DNA of 64,000 bases from assembly GCA_963789265.1 (NCBI GenBank), contig CAWBKB010000001.1, positions 1,120,001-1,184,000 on the forward strand. The letters run 5' to 3'. The translations under genes and the position numbers were made by a program. The stretch is from an uncultured delta proteobacterium (GTDB taxonomy: Bacteria > Desulfobacterota > Desulfomonilia > Desulfomonilales > Desulfomonilaceae). This document shows positions 51,346-61,978 of this stretch, piece by piece (positions within the stretch are counted from its first letter, which is position 1; the number at the start of each line of letters is the position of its first letter). The notes under the pieces were generated by a model. The model was not told the origin of the DNA. It searched no databases and saw only the letters and a list, made by a program, of their open reading frames with translations.

Positions 51346-52127
51346 TCACATTTTGTGGAGAGAAGGACCGACCAGCATAACCACAAGCACAATCCCTCCC
51401 AACACCAGGCCGCAACAGACCAGCGCCGGTAATATGAAGGCCAAGACCGATCTTCCGGTGCTTATGCCGTGCACTTCCCGGATGCCGATAACCGTGATGT
51501 ATATCTTCCATATCAGCCCGATAACTCCACCAATCACCGGCAGTACGGCGAACAAATCAGTCGCCATAGAATAGCAAACCACCCTAAACGTGGCCTCGAA
51601 GTCTTCCTTTGCGCCACCGACCAAAAAAAGCGAAACGTGGAGCAAAACGGCCGACATAACAATGCCCATAAATACTAACAGGGGTACGAGGAAGCCGATG
51701 GCGACTGCCTTTCCTTTTGATAAAACAATCACCGTCGTTATTGAGTGGCCCAGAGCAAGGGACCACGTGTAGCCGATCATGGCCCCTACAGTTCCCACAA
51801 TGAGAGCGTAGAGGAGCGGAATCAGAAGCCCGCCCTGATGAGGTATTCTGTCAAAGAAATTGTTAGGTGAAAAAAGACTCTGCTTAACGGTTTGAATGAT
51901 TCCCTGCAAGAAGCCGAGATGTTCCTGATCTTCCCAGGGGCAATATTCGTCTCGACGCACGAAGACAACCTCAGGCGGTTGCGGCGAAAGGGCACCGCCT
52001 CTGGAATCTCCCGCGGAGGGCTTTTCCTCCTTGGAATTGTTGGGAGCCTCCAGAGGCGCTCCACACCAAGAGCAGGCTCTTGGCCCTCCACAGGGACAAA
52101 ATCTCGACCACACTTAGGGCAAGTCAC
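51346..52127 (-). CDS. YIP1-family membrane protein with N-terminal zinc ribbon; -1 frameshift near 52080
   Basis: CPKCG and CSWCG fall in different frames; PWED..SPNNFF..FEATFRVVCYS. Confidence 0.85.
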
Positions 52128-52179
52128 ATCACTCTCCTTCCCCGATTTCGCTCATCCGGGCCCATGAATAAGAAGCATC

Positions 52180-53223
52180 TCAAAGCATGTGATCGGCTAT
52201 CCAATCCCGGCTCGCCACGTCTGCAACTCTGATGCGACGCGGGCTGCCATTGCTGTCTTGCAGGCATATCCACTCCCCACGTGATGACTCCTTTGCGTAT
52301 CTGCGGATAACACTGCCGATTATGGATTCCTCGTGAGGATCCGGGCGTCCCACCGCCAGGACCAGCGGGCCGGGAAAATCTTCCGGACTAAACAGAGAAC
52401 CTGCGTCAGCTAACCGTTCAATGCGCTGGTTTTCCGTTTCATTCCGGCCTACGACTATCTTCAAACCGGGCCTCACTCGGAGGTGCCGCCCCACGTGCAA
52501 CAATTCAAGGTCGGCAGGGGACACTTCATCTGTGTGGGCCAACAGGTCTCGAACGCGATTGGAAAAGCCCTTATCCGTCAACAGACAACCACCGGCAGGC
52601 GGCGAATAGCCGGACAGGCCCAACTCGGCAGCCATTCGTAGCTGGGTTTTTCGCCCTCGCCCCGCGACGTCCAGGAGTCGCTCTCGGTCTACAACCCCCG
52701 TTTCTTCTGGTCTCGTTGGGGCGAGGCGTTTGGCGGAAAGTGGCCTGAGCACAAATCCTTCGCAATCTGACTGCTTGTCTATAAGACGGATGGCATTTCT
52801 CCGCTGAGACATGGGTCTTTGGCCTACGACTTCGCCGGTGACGATGAAGGATGCCCCAATTTCCTGCGCGAACTCTTTTGCCTTAATAAAAGTGTAAATG
52901 CGGCAGTCTATGCAGGGATTGAGATTCTTCCCATGGCCGTACCGGGGATTACGAATGAGTTCGAGGAAATCCTTCCCCTTCGGGAAAAGTCTCAGAGGTA
53001 CATCCAACTGGCGGGCCAGCTCGCGGACCGGAGAATCCTCGACTCCAGCGTCCAGCGGGGAAAAGAAAGAGGTGAAATGGACCGCGACCACATCTATACC
53101 CTGGCGTTTCACCAGATAAACGGCCAGGGCGGAATCCAGCCCTCCGGACAGTAGAGCAACAGCCTTTCTGCCCGGTGGTGATTCTTTAGGAGCGGGACTA
53201 AAAGACATCGGCTGAGAAGACAT
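52180..53223 (-). CDS. ThiI/MnmA-like PP-loop tRNA thiolation family protein
   Basis: SGGLDS, NPCIDC, TGEVVGQRPMSQ, PAGGCLLT. Confidence 0.88.
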   Translation of the reverse strand: MSSQPMSFSPAPKESPPGRKAVALLSGGLDSALAVYLVKRQGIDVVAVHFTSFFSPLDAGVEDSPVRELARQLDVPLRLFPKGKDFLELIRNPRYGHGKNLNPCIDCRIYTFIKAKEFAQEIGASFIVTGEVVGQRPMSQRRNAIRLIDKQSDCEGFVLRPLSAKRLAPTRPEETGVVDRERLLDVAGRGRKTQLRMAAELGLSGYSPPAGGCLLTDKGFSNRVRDLLAHTDEVSPADLELLHVGRHLRVRPGLKIVVGRNETENQRIERLADAGSLFSPEDFPGPLVLAVGRPDPHEESIIGSVIRRYAKESSRGEWICLQDSNGSPRRIRVADVASRDWIADHML

Positions 53224-53767
53224 AAATCTCCGTCCCCTTGTCTTTCCAAGCGTCCATGGGCAAGCCTGCCTTCCTGCAGGTCTCCTTCAGGAATGTGATT
53301 CGGTCCCAGTTCCGCTCGGATGCCACCTGCGGGAGAAGCAGACCGGAAAACACACCTCTCTTTATCATAATACCGTGTTTCCCGATTTGGATCTCTTCCG
53401 GATCGTTAATCTGAACCAGGGGAGTAAGCGCGGATATCTCCAGATCCAGGTAGGGCAGTTCATCAGCGCTTACAGGACGGAAACGCGGATCGCGACAGGC
53501 CGCGGCCTGCGCCATTTCTGCAACATTCTCGTACAGAGGGTCGTCGGCATCGAGCGATCCTATGCATCCTCTCAACATTCCTTGTTTGTAAATGCACACG
53601 AACGCCCCACATCCTTCTTTGAGCTTTTCGGTGGAGGGCGTAAACGCAGGAATCGCCTCCCCTCGGCTTTTCGCCTCGATCACAGTCAGGGCGATTCGGC
53701 GAAGCTCCTGCTTCTCGTCGTCCGTGAGACCCAGATCTGCGCCAACCATTTTCTTTTCTGACGACAT
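53198..53767 (-). CDS. amrA: AMMECR1-domain AmmeMemoRadiSam protein A
   Basis: GAFV..LRGCIG, DPRF, GLLLPQVA, CRKAGL. Confidence 0.92.
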   Translation of the reverse strand: MSSEKKMVGADLGLTDDEKQELRRIALTVIEAKSRGEAIPAFTPSTEKLKEGCGAFVCIYKQGMLRGCIGSLDADDPLYENVAEMAQAAACRDPRFRPVSADELPYLDLEISALTPLVQINDPEEIQIGKHGIMIKRGVFSGLLLPQVASERNWDRITFLKETCRKAGLPMDAWKDKGTEIYVFSADVF

Positions 53768-53821
53768 CCTCTTATCCCTCCCGTTGATAGGCGAACACGT
53801 TGTAGGTTCAAAACCATGAGG

Positions 53822-54859
53822 TCAGGGAAACGTGGGAAGCGCGGTTAGTCCGGCTGTCTCGTCAAGCCCCATCATGAGGTTCATGTTCTGAACCGCCGCA
53901 CCGGATGCTCCCTTGACCAGATTGTCCAACGCGGCCATCGCGACAACCCACCCGGTTCGTTCATCGAGTTCCACTGACAGGTGGCATTGGTTCGAGCCCC
54001 GAACAAGCGCGGTGTCTGGAAAGATTCCTTTGGGGAGAACCCTTATGAAAGGCTCCGACCGGTAGTAATCCCGATATGCTTCGCGAATGGCATCACCGGA
54101 AATGGGTGCCCTTAGAGGCACGTAGATGGTGCTCACCATGCCTCGTGCAACGGGAATCAGGTGCGGGGTGAACCTCACCTTTATCGGTCTACCCGCTAAT
54201 TTAGATAGCTCCTGTTCCATTTCGGGGATATGCCGGTGTCCGATGACACCGTAGGGTTTGAAGCCTTCGCCGACCTCGCAGAAGCTGGTGCCGAGCTTGG
54301 CTGCACGGCCCGCGCCGGAAATCCCGGACTTGGAGTCCACCACAGGGCAACTGGTATCGACTTCACTGAGCCCGATGAGCGGTGCGACTCCTAAAATCGC
54401 GGTTGTTGGATAGCATCCCGGGTTAGCAATAAGGGCAGCTTCTCGTATGATATCCCGGTGAATTTCGGGGAGACCGTATACTGCTTTGTCAAGAAGCGCG
54501 GCCGCTTTGTGAGGACCGTACCACTTTTCGTAAGTTTCCAAGTTATTGAGGCGAACGTCAGCCGACAGGTCTACCACCTTGAGGCCCGCATCCAGGAGCG
54601 GCTGGATGAGGCCCGCTGACTCGCCATGCGGAAGAGCAAGAAATGCGACATCGGCCTGAGCATTGCTTTTTAGCTCATCAAGGGGGCTCAGAGGAAAATC
54701 CAGTTCCGCCGTGACAAAAGGAAGAACTTCACCGGCCTTCTTTCCCGCCCAGTTGCGGGAGCTGCCTCCGACGATTGCAGCGTGAGGGTGCGATGCGAGT
54801 ATGCGAATAAGCTCCAACCCGGTGTATCCGGTGGCGCCGAAAACCAGTGCATGAATCAT
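53822..54859 (-). CDS. argC: N-acetyl-gamma-glutamyl-phosphate reductase
   Basis: GATGYTG, LPHG, ANPGCYPT, SGAGR, HRHIPE, DNLVKGASG. Confidence 0.97.
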   Translation of the reverse strand: MIHALVFGATGYTGLELIRILASHPHAAIVGGSSRNWAGKKAGEVLPFVTAELDFPLSPLDELKSNAQADVAFLALPHGESAGLIQPLLDAGLKVVDLSADVRLNNLETYEKWYGPHKAAALLDKAVYGLPEIHRDIIREAALIANPGCYPTTAILGVAPLIGLSEVDTSCPVVDSKSGISGAGRAAKLGTSFCEVGEGFKPYGVIGHRHIPEMEQELSKLAGRPIKVRFTPHLIPVARGMVSTIYVPLRAPISGDAIREAYRDYYRSEPFIRVLPKGIFPDTALVRGSNQCHLSVELDERTGWVVAMAALDNLVKGASGAAVQNMNLMMGLDETAGLTALPTFP

Positions 54860-55004
54860 CTTGTTTATTCCTGTCGAGCAACGGAATCGCAGTCGGAAGC
54901 CGTTGCAGATCCTTGCGGAAGTGTTGTATCGTGCGACTTTCCCGGAGAAGTCGGCCGATGGCTAATTACTCCTTTTCGCAAATACGGTTTCGTATTCTGG
55001 TACC

Positions 55005-55580
55005 ATAGCCGTCATTCCCGCGCACACGGTCCCGCGAGACGCGGGATGCCGGTTGTTCGCGAAAGGCCGGCAGGAAGAAACTGTCTCAAAACTTCGCATG
55101 GAGTTCAAATCGTGCCACAATCGAGGCTGCGATGTGTTTTGTTTCCCTCACCCCAACCCTCTCCCATAGGGAGAGGGAGCAGGTCCAGAGCAGTTTTACA
55201 CTTCCCTCGCCCTCTGAGAGAGGGACACAGGGTGAGGGATTTTCTCGTTTCTAGTCCCGCGTCTCGCGGGACTGCCTGGGAATGCCTGTCGAGAGGCTCT
55301 GCCTCGACTATGATAGTGAAATGAAGCCAGTTTGCGGGCAGAGCCCGCGAGATATAGGTTCCCAGGCAGAGCCTGGGAACCAGAACCTTATTTCGAAGTG
55401 CGGTGTCCTGTTTCAGGCAGTGATGCCTGTGCTTTCACTCCTATCCGACGTCGTAACCTCGGACTCCGATCCGGAGGTAGGTTGGGCCATGCCCGACGCA
55501 ATACGGCGGCCGCAGGGCGCCCTACGCGATGCCGCGTACGCGGGAATGACGGCAATGGTACCGGAATAGGAGACCGAATT
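55005..55580. repeat. Intergenic mosaic of several REP-like palindrome families
   Basis: gtcattcccgcg..cgcgggaatgac, ccctcacccc..gggtgaggg, gttcccaggcagagcctgggaac and gtaggttgggccatgccc types. Confidence 0.85.
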
Positions 55581-55622
55581 TAGGCATTAGAGAACTAGGT
55601 TGCACCATCACGGGCGCCAATT

Positions 55623-57101
55623 TCAGCGAATGTTGCCCACCCATCCGGAATCCAGGCGATAATTGGGGGCCTCCTTGGTTATCACCACGTCGTGAACATG
55701 AGATTCTTTGAGACCGGCAGGAGTAATCTTCATAAAATGGGCTTTCGCGCGAAGTTCGTCAAGATTGCGAGCCCCCAAGTACCCCATGCCCGCCTTGAGA
55801 CCGCCCACAAGCTGATTGACGGAATGCTCCACAGGCCCTTTTGCCGGAACCATTCCCACTATTCCTTCCGGAACCAATTTGTTTTCCGGCACTCCTTCGT
55901 GCTGGCCATACCGGTCACGGGATCCTTCTCTCATGGCCTCCAGAGATCCCATCCCTCGGTAAGACTTGTAAGAGCGCCCCTGGTAGAGCACCATCTCACC
56001 GGGACTTTCATCTGTTCCTGCAAACAGCCCTCCGATCATGACGGTATGCGCACCCGCTGCGAGGGCTTTGGTGATATCGCCCGAGAATTTGATGCCACCA
56101 TCGGCTATAATTGGAACTCCAAATTCCGAGGCCTTCTTCGCGCACTCCATAATCGCGCTTATCTGAGGCACGCCGACCCCTGCGACGATGCGAGTAGTGC
56201 AAATCGAGCCTGGGCCGACTCCTATCTTTATCCCATCTGCGCCGGCTTTCACGAGATCTTCCACCGCGTCAGCCGTGGCCACGTTGCCGCCAATCACCTG
56301 GACATCGCCGAAATTGCGTTTGATGTCACTGATTGCATCCACGACATTCTTTGAGTGACCGTGTGCGGTATCGACGACGATCACATCGACTCCCCGACGG
56401 ATAAGCGTGGACACTCGTTCTTCTCGGTCAGGGCCTACCCCCACTCCAGCTCCTACGCGCAGGCGGCCGAGCGGGTCCTTTGCCGAATCGGGGAATGTAA
56501 TTGCTTTTTGTATGTCCTTAATGGTGATGAGCCCCTTAAGGCGGTTGTCTTTGTCGACGACCAGCAGTTTTTCGATGCGGTGCTTGTGCAGCAAGGCTTT
56601 GGATTCTTCAATACCGATCTTGTCGTCTACCGTAACCAGGTTCTCACGGGTCATGACCTCCGCAACCTTGAGATCCATGTTTTCCACGAAGCGGAGATCC
56701 CGATTTGTCAGGATGCCTGACAAATAGCCGTTTACGGTAACCGGAACACCTGAAATATGGTACTTCTTCATTATTTGGAGCGCATCCGCTATTTTCTGAT
56801 CGGGATTGATAGTAATGGGATCCACGATCATCCCGGATTCCGACCGCTTCACGCGATCTACTTCTCTAGCCTGATCTTTGATAGCGAGGTTCCGATGGAT
56901 AATCCCGATTCCGCCCTGCCGAGCCAAACTGATAGCCATTTCGGATTCTGTCACTGTGTCCATGGCAGCGCTGATCAGGGGGATGGTGAGGACAATTTCC
57001 CTGGTCAGTCGCGTCAAGACATCGACCTCGGAAGGCAGTATTTCTGAATAACAAGGCATTAGGATTACATCGTCAAAGGTGAGAGACTCGCTAATTACCA
57101 T
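55623..57101 (-). CDS. guaB: IMP dehydrogenase
   Basis: [39 protein letters not shown]. Confidence 0.97.
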   Translation of the reverse strand: MVISESLTFDDVILMPCYSEILPSEVDVLTRLTREIVLTIPLISAAMDTVTESEMAISLARQGGIGIIHRNLAIKDQAREVDRVKRSESGMIVDPITINPDQKIADALQIMKKYHISGVPVTVNGYLSGILTNRDLRFVENMDLKVAEVMTRENLVTVDDKIGIEESKALLHKHRIEKLLVVDKDNRLKGLITIKDIQKAITFPDSAKDPLGRLRVGAGVGVGPDREERVSTLIRRGVDVIVVDTAHGHSKNVVDAISDIKRNFGDVQVIGGNVATADAVEDLVKAGADGIKIGVGPGSICTTRIVAGVGVPQISAIMECAKKASEFGVPIIADGGIKFSGDITKALAAGAHTVMIGGLFAGTDESPGEMVLYQGRSYKSYRGMGSLEAMREGSRDRYGQHEGVPENKLVPEGIVGMVPAKGPVEHSVNQLVGGLKAGMGYLGARNLDELRAKAHFMKITPAGLKESHVHDVVITKEAPNYRLDSGWVGNIR

Positions 57102-57244
57102 CCAATTTTCTCCCTCCTAACGTGTGGAATGAATTTCCTTCTCTCGAAGTAAGCGCTCAACATAGTCGCGACTTTCTTCAGGATCAACCGAAACTTTTAG
57201 AGCAATGTCAGCATACAGTCACAGCCGAAATTTGCGGGTGGCTT

Positions 57245-57490
57245 CGTGGGGTGGGCTTTCTAGCCCGCCATTGAACAGGGGTTTCCCCAGGCAGGCAGTC
57301 CCGCGCCTCGCGGGACTGCCTCACAAGACTGAATGGTTACAGAGCATTGTAAGCATCTTTTCTCGTTCTCAAGCTCTGCTTGGGAATGCCTGTCGCGAGG
57401 CTCTGCCTCGACTATGATGGTGAAATAAACCAGTTAACGGGCGGAGCCCGCGAGATTTGGATTCCCAGCGGAGCCTGGGAACCAGAAAAA
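57245..57490. repeat. REP-like cluster; right part is a diverged copy of 55244-55385
   Basis: gtggggtgggctttctagcccgcc type plus ctcgttc..gggaatgcctgtcg..ggctctgcctcgactatgat block. Confidence 0.85.
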
Positions 57491-57515
57491 CTAAACGAGG
57501 TTCGGCTCCCGGTAC

Positions 57516-58427
57516 TTAACGTACCGCAGGCGGGCTCGCCTCGATTGCCCGGGTTTGCTCCAATGCCTTGGTTATTGATCCCGCAACGGAGCTTGTGAAC
57601 AGGCCAAATAAACTTTCCCACTTCTTCTTCGGGTAAACTATTACGGGTTCTGTTTTGATGCCGCCCAGCTTCGCTGCAATCTTTACCGCATCGTAAAAGT
57701 TGCCTATGGTATCCACCAATCCCAACTCTTTGGCCCTCTCGCCCGTAAAGAACCTTCCGTCCGCAATCTCGTGCAGTTTGACTTTGTCTATCTTGCCCTT
57801 GCGACCCGCTGCCACATCGGAAATGAACTGCTCGTGAACTTCAGCCGCGAAATTTTGCAGAATGTTCCTCTCATCGTCGGTCAACGGTCTTACGCCGGTC
57901 CCGAGATCCTTATACTTGCCGGCTTTGATAATGTTCACGTCCACGCCGATCTTTTCGATGACTTTGTGTATTTCGGGCAGCATCATGATGACCCCGATGC
58001 TCCCTGTGATGGTTCCCCGGGAACAGACAATGTTGTTTGTACTGCTTGCTATATAGTAAGCGGCCGACGCTCCCACGGTTTCCATGGAAGCGACAACGGG
58101 CTTTTTCTTCTTAATCTTAACAATTTCTCGATAGATCTCCTGGGCAGGCGCAACCGTACCGCCGGGGGAGTTTATGCGGATCAGAATCGCCTTAATGGAA
58201 GAATTCTTTGAAAATTTGCGCAATTGTTTGAGGGTCTCGTCCGAGGACATGATCGTTCCCCCGATATTTATCACCCCAATCTCATTTCCGACCGCAAATA
58301 CTCGTTCCAATGCGGTACCTTCTATACCTTCATTGGAAACCAGCGAAACTGCCACGAGCACCGCCACAAATCCAGCCACCAGAAAAAGAATAACAAGGAT
58401 GGCTAAGCCGGTCCTCGATTTCTTCAT
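57516..58427 (-). CDS. sppA: Signal peptide peptidase SppA (short form)
   Basis: RINSPGG, ASAAYYIA, TGSIGV, GKYKD, ADGRFFTG..GLVD. Confidence 0.95.
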   Translation of the reverse strand: MKKSRTGLAILVILFLVAGFVAVLVAVSLVSNEGIEGTALERVFAVGNEIGVINIGGTIMSSDETLKQLRKFSKNSSIKAILIRINSPGGTVAPAQEIYREIVKIKKKKPVVASMETVGASAAYYIASSTNNIVCSRGTITGSIGVIMMLPEIHKVIEKIGVDVNIIKAGKYKDLGTGVRPLTDDERNILQNFAAEVHEQFISDVAAGRKGKIDKVKLHEIADGRFFTGERAKELGLVDTIGNFYDAVKIAAKLGGIKTEPVIVYPKKKWESLFGLFTSSVAGSITKALEQTRAIEASPPAVR

Positions 58428-58784
58428 GGTATGTCTCCCCTCTGACCAGACTTCATCAATTTAGCCCAAATATCAAGAAGTTGGCCGATGAATTCCTCAA
58501 AGAATATTAAACGTTAGCAGAATTTTTGGTCCCCCGCAAGCGGTGTGCTTGGGGTGAAATCCCGCGCCTGGCACCTGGGTGCGGCGTGCCCCTGCACGGC
58601 ACTCGACGTACCCGTGCAAGCTCTTAGTAGGATGCGGTGAATTCCGCGGACGCAGAGGAACCGCATCGCTCGCGGTATGACTCGGATGATGCGGTTCCTC
58701 CGCTTTGCCCAGGGTCACCCCATCGCTACGTTACCTTGATCCTTTCCCCCAAAATCATTGACAAAAAAGGCGGAAGACGAACCA

Positions 58785-58892
58785 TTGCCGCGGGTGCAAG
58801 TCATGTTTTATCAGGAAGCGGACGGAACAGTTCCGGTGATGGCCTGGTTGGAGAATCTCCGGCCACAACCAAAGCACCGAGCTAGGTTGTAG
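58785..58892 (+). pseudogene. N-terminal stump of a RelE/HigB (Gp49-like) toxin
   Basis: MPRVQVMFYQEADGTVPVMAWLENL.. from TTG; stop codon supplied by the GTAG of the following REP. Confidence 0.6.
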
Positions 58893-59300
58893 GTCGGCCC
58901 GTGGCCGACGTGGCTCACGCAACCACGGCGGCCACGGGCCGCCCTACCACAGGCGAAAGAGTTTCTGGTAGCTTGTAGGATGCGGTGAATTCCGCATCTT
59001 GCGGGATGAACCGCATCGCTCGGGCCGGTGGGACAGGCATCTTGCCTGTCGTCATGCCCGCGTAAGTGGGCACCGGTAGGACCGGCCTCCGTGCCGGTCA
59101 TTCATTTGCCACCGGCGGGGTTGCGGGACAGGCGTCCCGCCTGTCGACGGGCAAGATGCCCGTCCCACTGCGCTACTACCCGGATCGGAGTCCGGGGTGA
59201 CGAATGGCAGGCAGGATGCCTGCCCCACTATTCTTTATACAGCCATATTCCGCGAATGGTGCGGTGCCTCCGCATTCCCGGGGATCATCACAACATCCTG
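58889..59300. repeat. Dense GTAG/GTGG-type REP cluster
   Basis: gtaggatgcggtgaattccgc (also 58627), gtgggacaggcatcttgcctgtc, gtaggaccggcctccgtgccggtc, ggcaggatgcctgccccac. Confidence 0.85.
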
Positions 59301-59345
59301 CTTGTGGCATACGTCTCCGCGGTAAACGATTGCCTTTTCCTTTAA

Positions 59346-60125
59346 CTACTCCATCGGCATTTCGACAATCCCCAAGCTTCCCTTCAGCCCTTCCGTTTCC
59401 TCGTGTCCGGTCAGTTTCAAGAATGCCTTTTCCAGGTTGCCCTTTGTCCTGGCAATAGTATTCTTTATGTTGGCAGGAGTATCGGAAGCTATGATCTTCC
59501 CCTTGTGAATGATCGTGATCATAGTGCATATCTCTTCAGCAACCCCAAGAGTGTGCGTGGACATAAATACGGCCATCCCATGACTGCGAGCCATCTGCAT
59601 AAACAGGTCCTTCACCAGCCGCACTCCGCGTGGGTCCAATCCCACCATGGGCTCGTCGATTATAAAGATCTTCGGTCGGTGAAGCAGTGCCGCGCTTATG
59701 ATGAGACGTTGCTTCATGCCGTGGGAGTAGCCCTCAATCAATTCATCTTTCCAGTCGGCCAGTTCGAACATCTCGAGGTACTGCATCCCGATCTTCTCCA
59801 GGTGGCCGTTATCCACTCCGTAGATTCCCGCGCTGAACTGAAGAAACTCCCAGCCGGTCAGCTTCTCATAAAGGTATGGCCTGTCGGGAACAAAGCCGGT
59901 GATGGCTTTCGCTTTTTCAGGCTCCTTTGCCAGGTCGTAGCCGCCCAGGATTATGGTCCCCGCGTCGGGCTTCATCAGGCCTGCCAGCATGCGGATCGTG
60001 GTGGTCTTGCCGGCGCCGTTCGGCCCTAGGAATCCCATCACTTCACAGGGTGGCACATGAAGCCCTATTTGGTCTACGGCAAGTGTCTTGCCAAACCTCT
60101 TTGTCAGGTTTTCGATATGAATCAT
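59346..60125 (-). CDS. ABC transporter ATP-binding protein
   Basis: GPNGAGKTT, YSHGMKQR, IIDEP, STH. Confidence 0.95.
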   Translation of the reverse strand: MIHIENLTKRFGKTLAVDQIGLHVPPCEVMGFLGPNGAGKTTTIRMLAGLMKPDAGTIILGGYDLAKEPEKAKAITGFVPDRPYLYEKLTGWEFLQFSAGIYGVDNGHLEKIGMQYLEMFELADWKDELIEGYSHGMKQRLIISAALLHRPKIFIIDEPMVGLDPRGVRLVKDLFMQMARSHGMAVFMSTHTLGVAEEICTMITIIHKGKIIASDTPANIKNTIARTKGNLEKAFLKLTGHEETEGLKGSLGIVEMPME

Positions 60126-60157
60126 CTTATGTAACCATTCAGCGGGCCTCAAGATTC

Positions 60158-60346
60158 ATCGCAGAGTCCGCAGAGAACGCAGAGATAAAAAGCTTATTCA
60201 ATGCCGAGTCGGTCATCGCGCGTACAGTCGGGCAGTCATTGCCTTTCCCGCGTCGCGAGATCACGTATCGCAATCTGCCTTGCCCTAAGTGCACAGACGT
60301 TCTGAACAAACACTATTCTCTGCGGTCTCCGCGTTCTCCGCGGTGA
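60158..60346. repeat. Inverted pair of short cgcagag-type repeats (related pair at about 24321-24500)
   Basis: cgcagagtccgcagagaacgcagag .. ctctgcggtctccgcgttctccgcggtg. Confidence 0.65.
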
Positions 60347-60392
60347 ACCATGTCCATGTTATTTCAAATCATCTCGTAACGCATCTGTTCCA

Positions 60393-61883
60393 CTATTTTA
60401 TCTCCAAAACCTTCAGTCGCAGTCGCCCAAGGAAAGATACGACGTTCACGTGTTTATCCACATCGCCATAAAGGAGAGTCACGTACGAAGGGGTCACGGG
60501 TAGCTTGTTCCTAAGCGGATCTCCCGTGAACCATCTCTTTCCTGCCCAGTATGCAGCCCATGCATGATAGTAAAAACCACCATCGGCATAAATCAATCCA
60601 ACTGCCATTTTAGCCGGAAGCCCAATCGCTCTCGCAAGCGACACCGCCAGAATAGCATGCTCCTGGCAAGCCCCTTGCTTTGTCTGCAACACTGTGTACG
60701 CATCCGGAACCGAAGCAGTCGGGACCTTTTTCAAATACTTGAACACCCACTGGTTGATGAGCTCTGCCGCCTTGATCGGATTATTTTCGCCGCCCACAAT
60801 TTTCCGAGCCGTTTGAATTATCTCCGGGTTGTCGCTCCTAAGAAAACGAGAAGTGGCCAGAAAGGGCTCCATTGCTGGATCTTTGCAGGGCAGGGTATAT
60901 GTGGCCTTCGGGAGAGTTTCCCTCGTGATCACGATATCGGAGCCTTTCCATGATTGCCGGAAATCATCGCTTGGAACCGCCCAGTCCTTGCTGCCCTGCA
61001 TACGCAACCGAACCAGCTTGAGATCGTCTCTGTCGGGAATGGAGCCTTCAAGAGGGACCGCAGCCAAAGAGATCATGTCAGGGAGTTCGCGAGTCGCATG
61101 CATCTCCCGCATGATATCGGCCTTGTCCGAGCGTGTGACCGTGATCCCCAGCGGCATGCGCCCTTTCAGCAGACGACCCTGGTCATCTATCCACGAAGTG
61201 AGTTCCAAGTTGCGCAAAGAGGCGTGTACTTGCCAGGCTTGCACTTTCTTTCCCGCCACTTCCAGGTCCGCTTTTTCCAAAACTTTAATGGTCGCGTTCC
61301 ATTTGTGCCCATCCAAAGGATCGAAGATCGGGAGTCGAATCTCCTCGCCGACATGTAAGCCTGTGAGCGGAACCGGCAATCCCAACGACCTTGATATTCG
61401 GGGCCTTTCGTAAAGTTTCAGCCGCTTGACCCCTCCACCCTTGGAGGCCGGCATTTCAAGGATCAGATCTCTGCCCTCCATGTGGCCCTTCTGCTCGAAT
61501 GAAATGATGCCGGACGACACTTTCAAATGAAAGGATATCAGCCGGAAGTTTGTGTCCAGGGTGGAGTGGGTGAAGATTCGAACCGGCTTTATCTGACCTT
61601 GAAGGTTCAAGGAGATGTTCAATTCGTCTCGCAGCGTCCATTGGTCGCGATTTCGGAATTGCCTGGAACGACCAAAGCCTGCGTAGGAGCCTCCGATTCG
61701 AATGAGAAACCAGTCATCTGTTTCAGCCCGCGAAATCTGGAAGTTCTCTGTGATTTCCGAGCTTCCACCGGGAAGGTAGCGGTCCGCGAGGAGCATGCCC
61801 AAGAGTACAAGCCAGACGCCCACAATTGCGGCCGTCAACAAAGGACTAAAACGAGATCCTGAATGTCGTGACAAACCGAACAT
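60393..61883 (-). CDS. Transglutaminase-like domain protein with N-terminal membrane anchor
   Basis: GACQEHA..RAIGLPA..YHAW..DP catalytic triad pattern. Confidence 0.9.
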   Translation of the reverse strand: MFGLSRHSGSRFSPLLTAAIVGVWLVLLGMLLADRYLPGGSSEITENFQISRAETDDWFLIRIGGSYAGFGRSRQFRNRDQWTLRDELNISLNLQGQIKPVRIFTHSTLDTNFRLISFHLKVSSGIISFEQKGHMEGRDLILEMPASKGGGVKRLKLYERPRISRSLGLPVPLTGLHVGEEIRLPIFDPLDGHKWNATIKVLEKADLEVAGKKVQAWQVHASLRNLELTSWIDDQGRLLKGRMPLGITVTRSDKADIMREMHATRELPDMISLAAVPLEGSIPDRDDLKLVRLRMQGSKDWAVPSDDFRQSWKGSDIVITRETLPKATYTLPCKDPAMEPFLATSRFLRSDNPEIIQTARKIVGGENNPIKAAELINQWVFKYLKKVPTASVPDAYTVLQTKQGACQEHAILAVSLARAIGLPAKMAVGLIYADGGFYYHAWAAYWAGKRWFTGDPLRNKLPVTPSYVTLLYGDVDKHVNVVSFLGRLRLKVLEIK

Positions 61884-61978
61884 AAGCTATTGAACCAACT
61901 TGCTGTAAAAATATGCACGTGCGGCGGCTTGCGGAAGGCCCTTTATCAGGGCAACAATTGCCGTGCGCCGATTAGTTT

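Noticed and set aside
58500..59340. CRISPR array or integron attC cassette array; short ORFs in the track
   Set aside because: Repeats are heterogeneous palindromes without regular spacing; no cas or intI gene; the ORFs are translations of repeat sequence.
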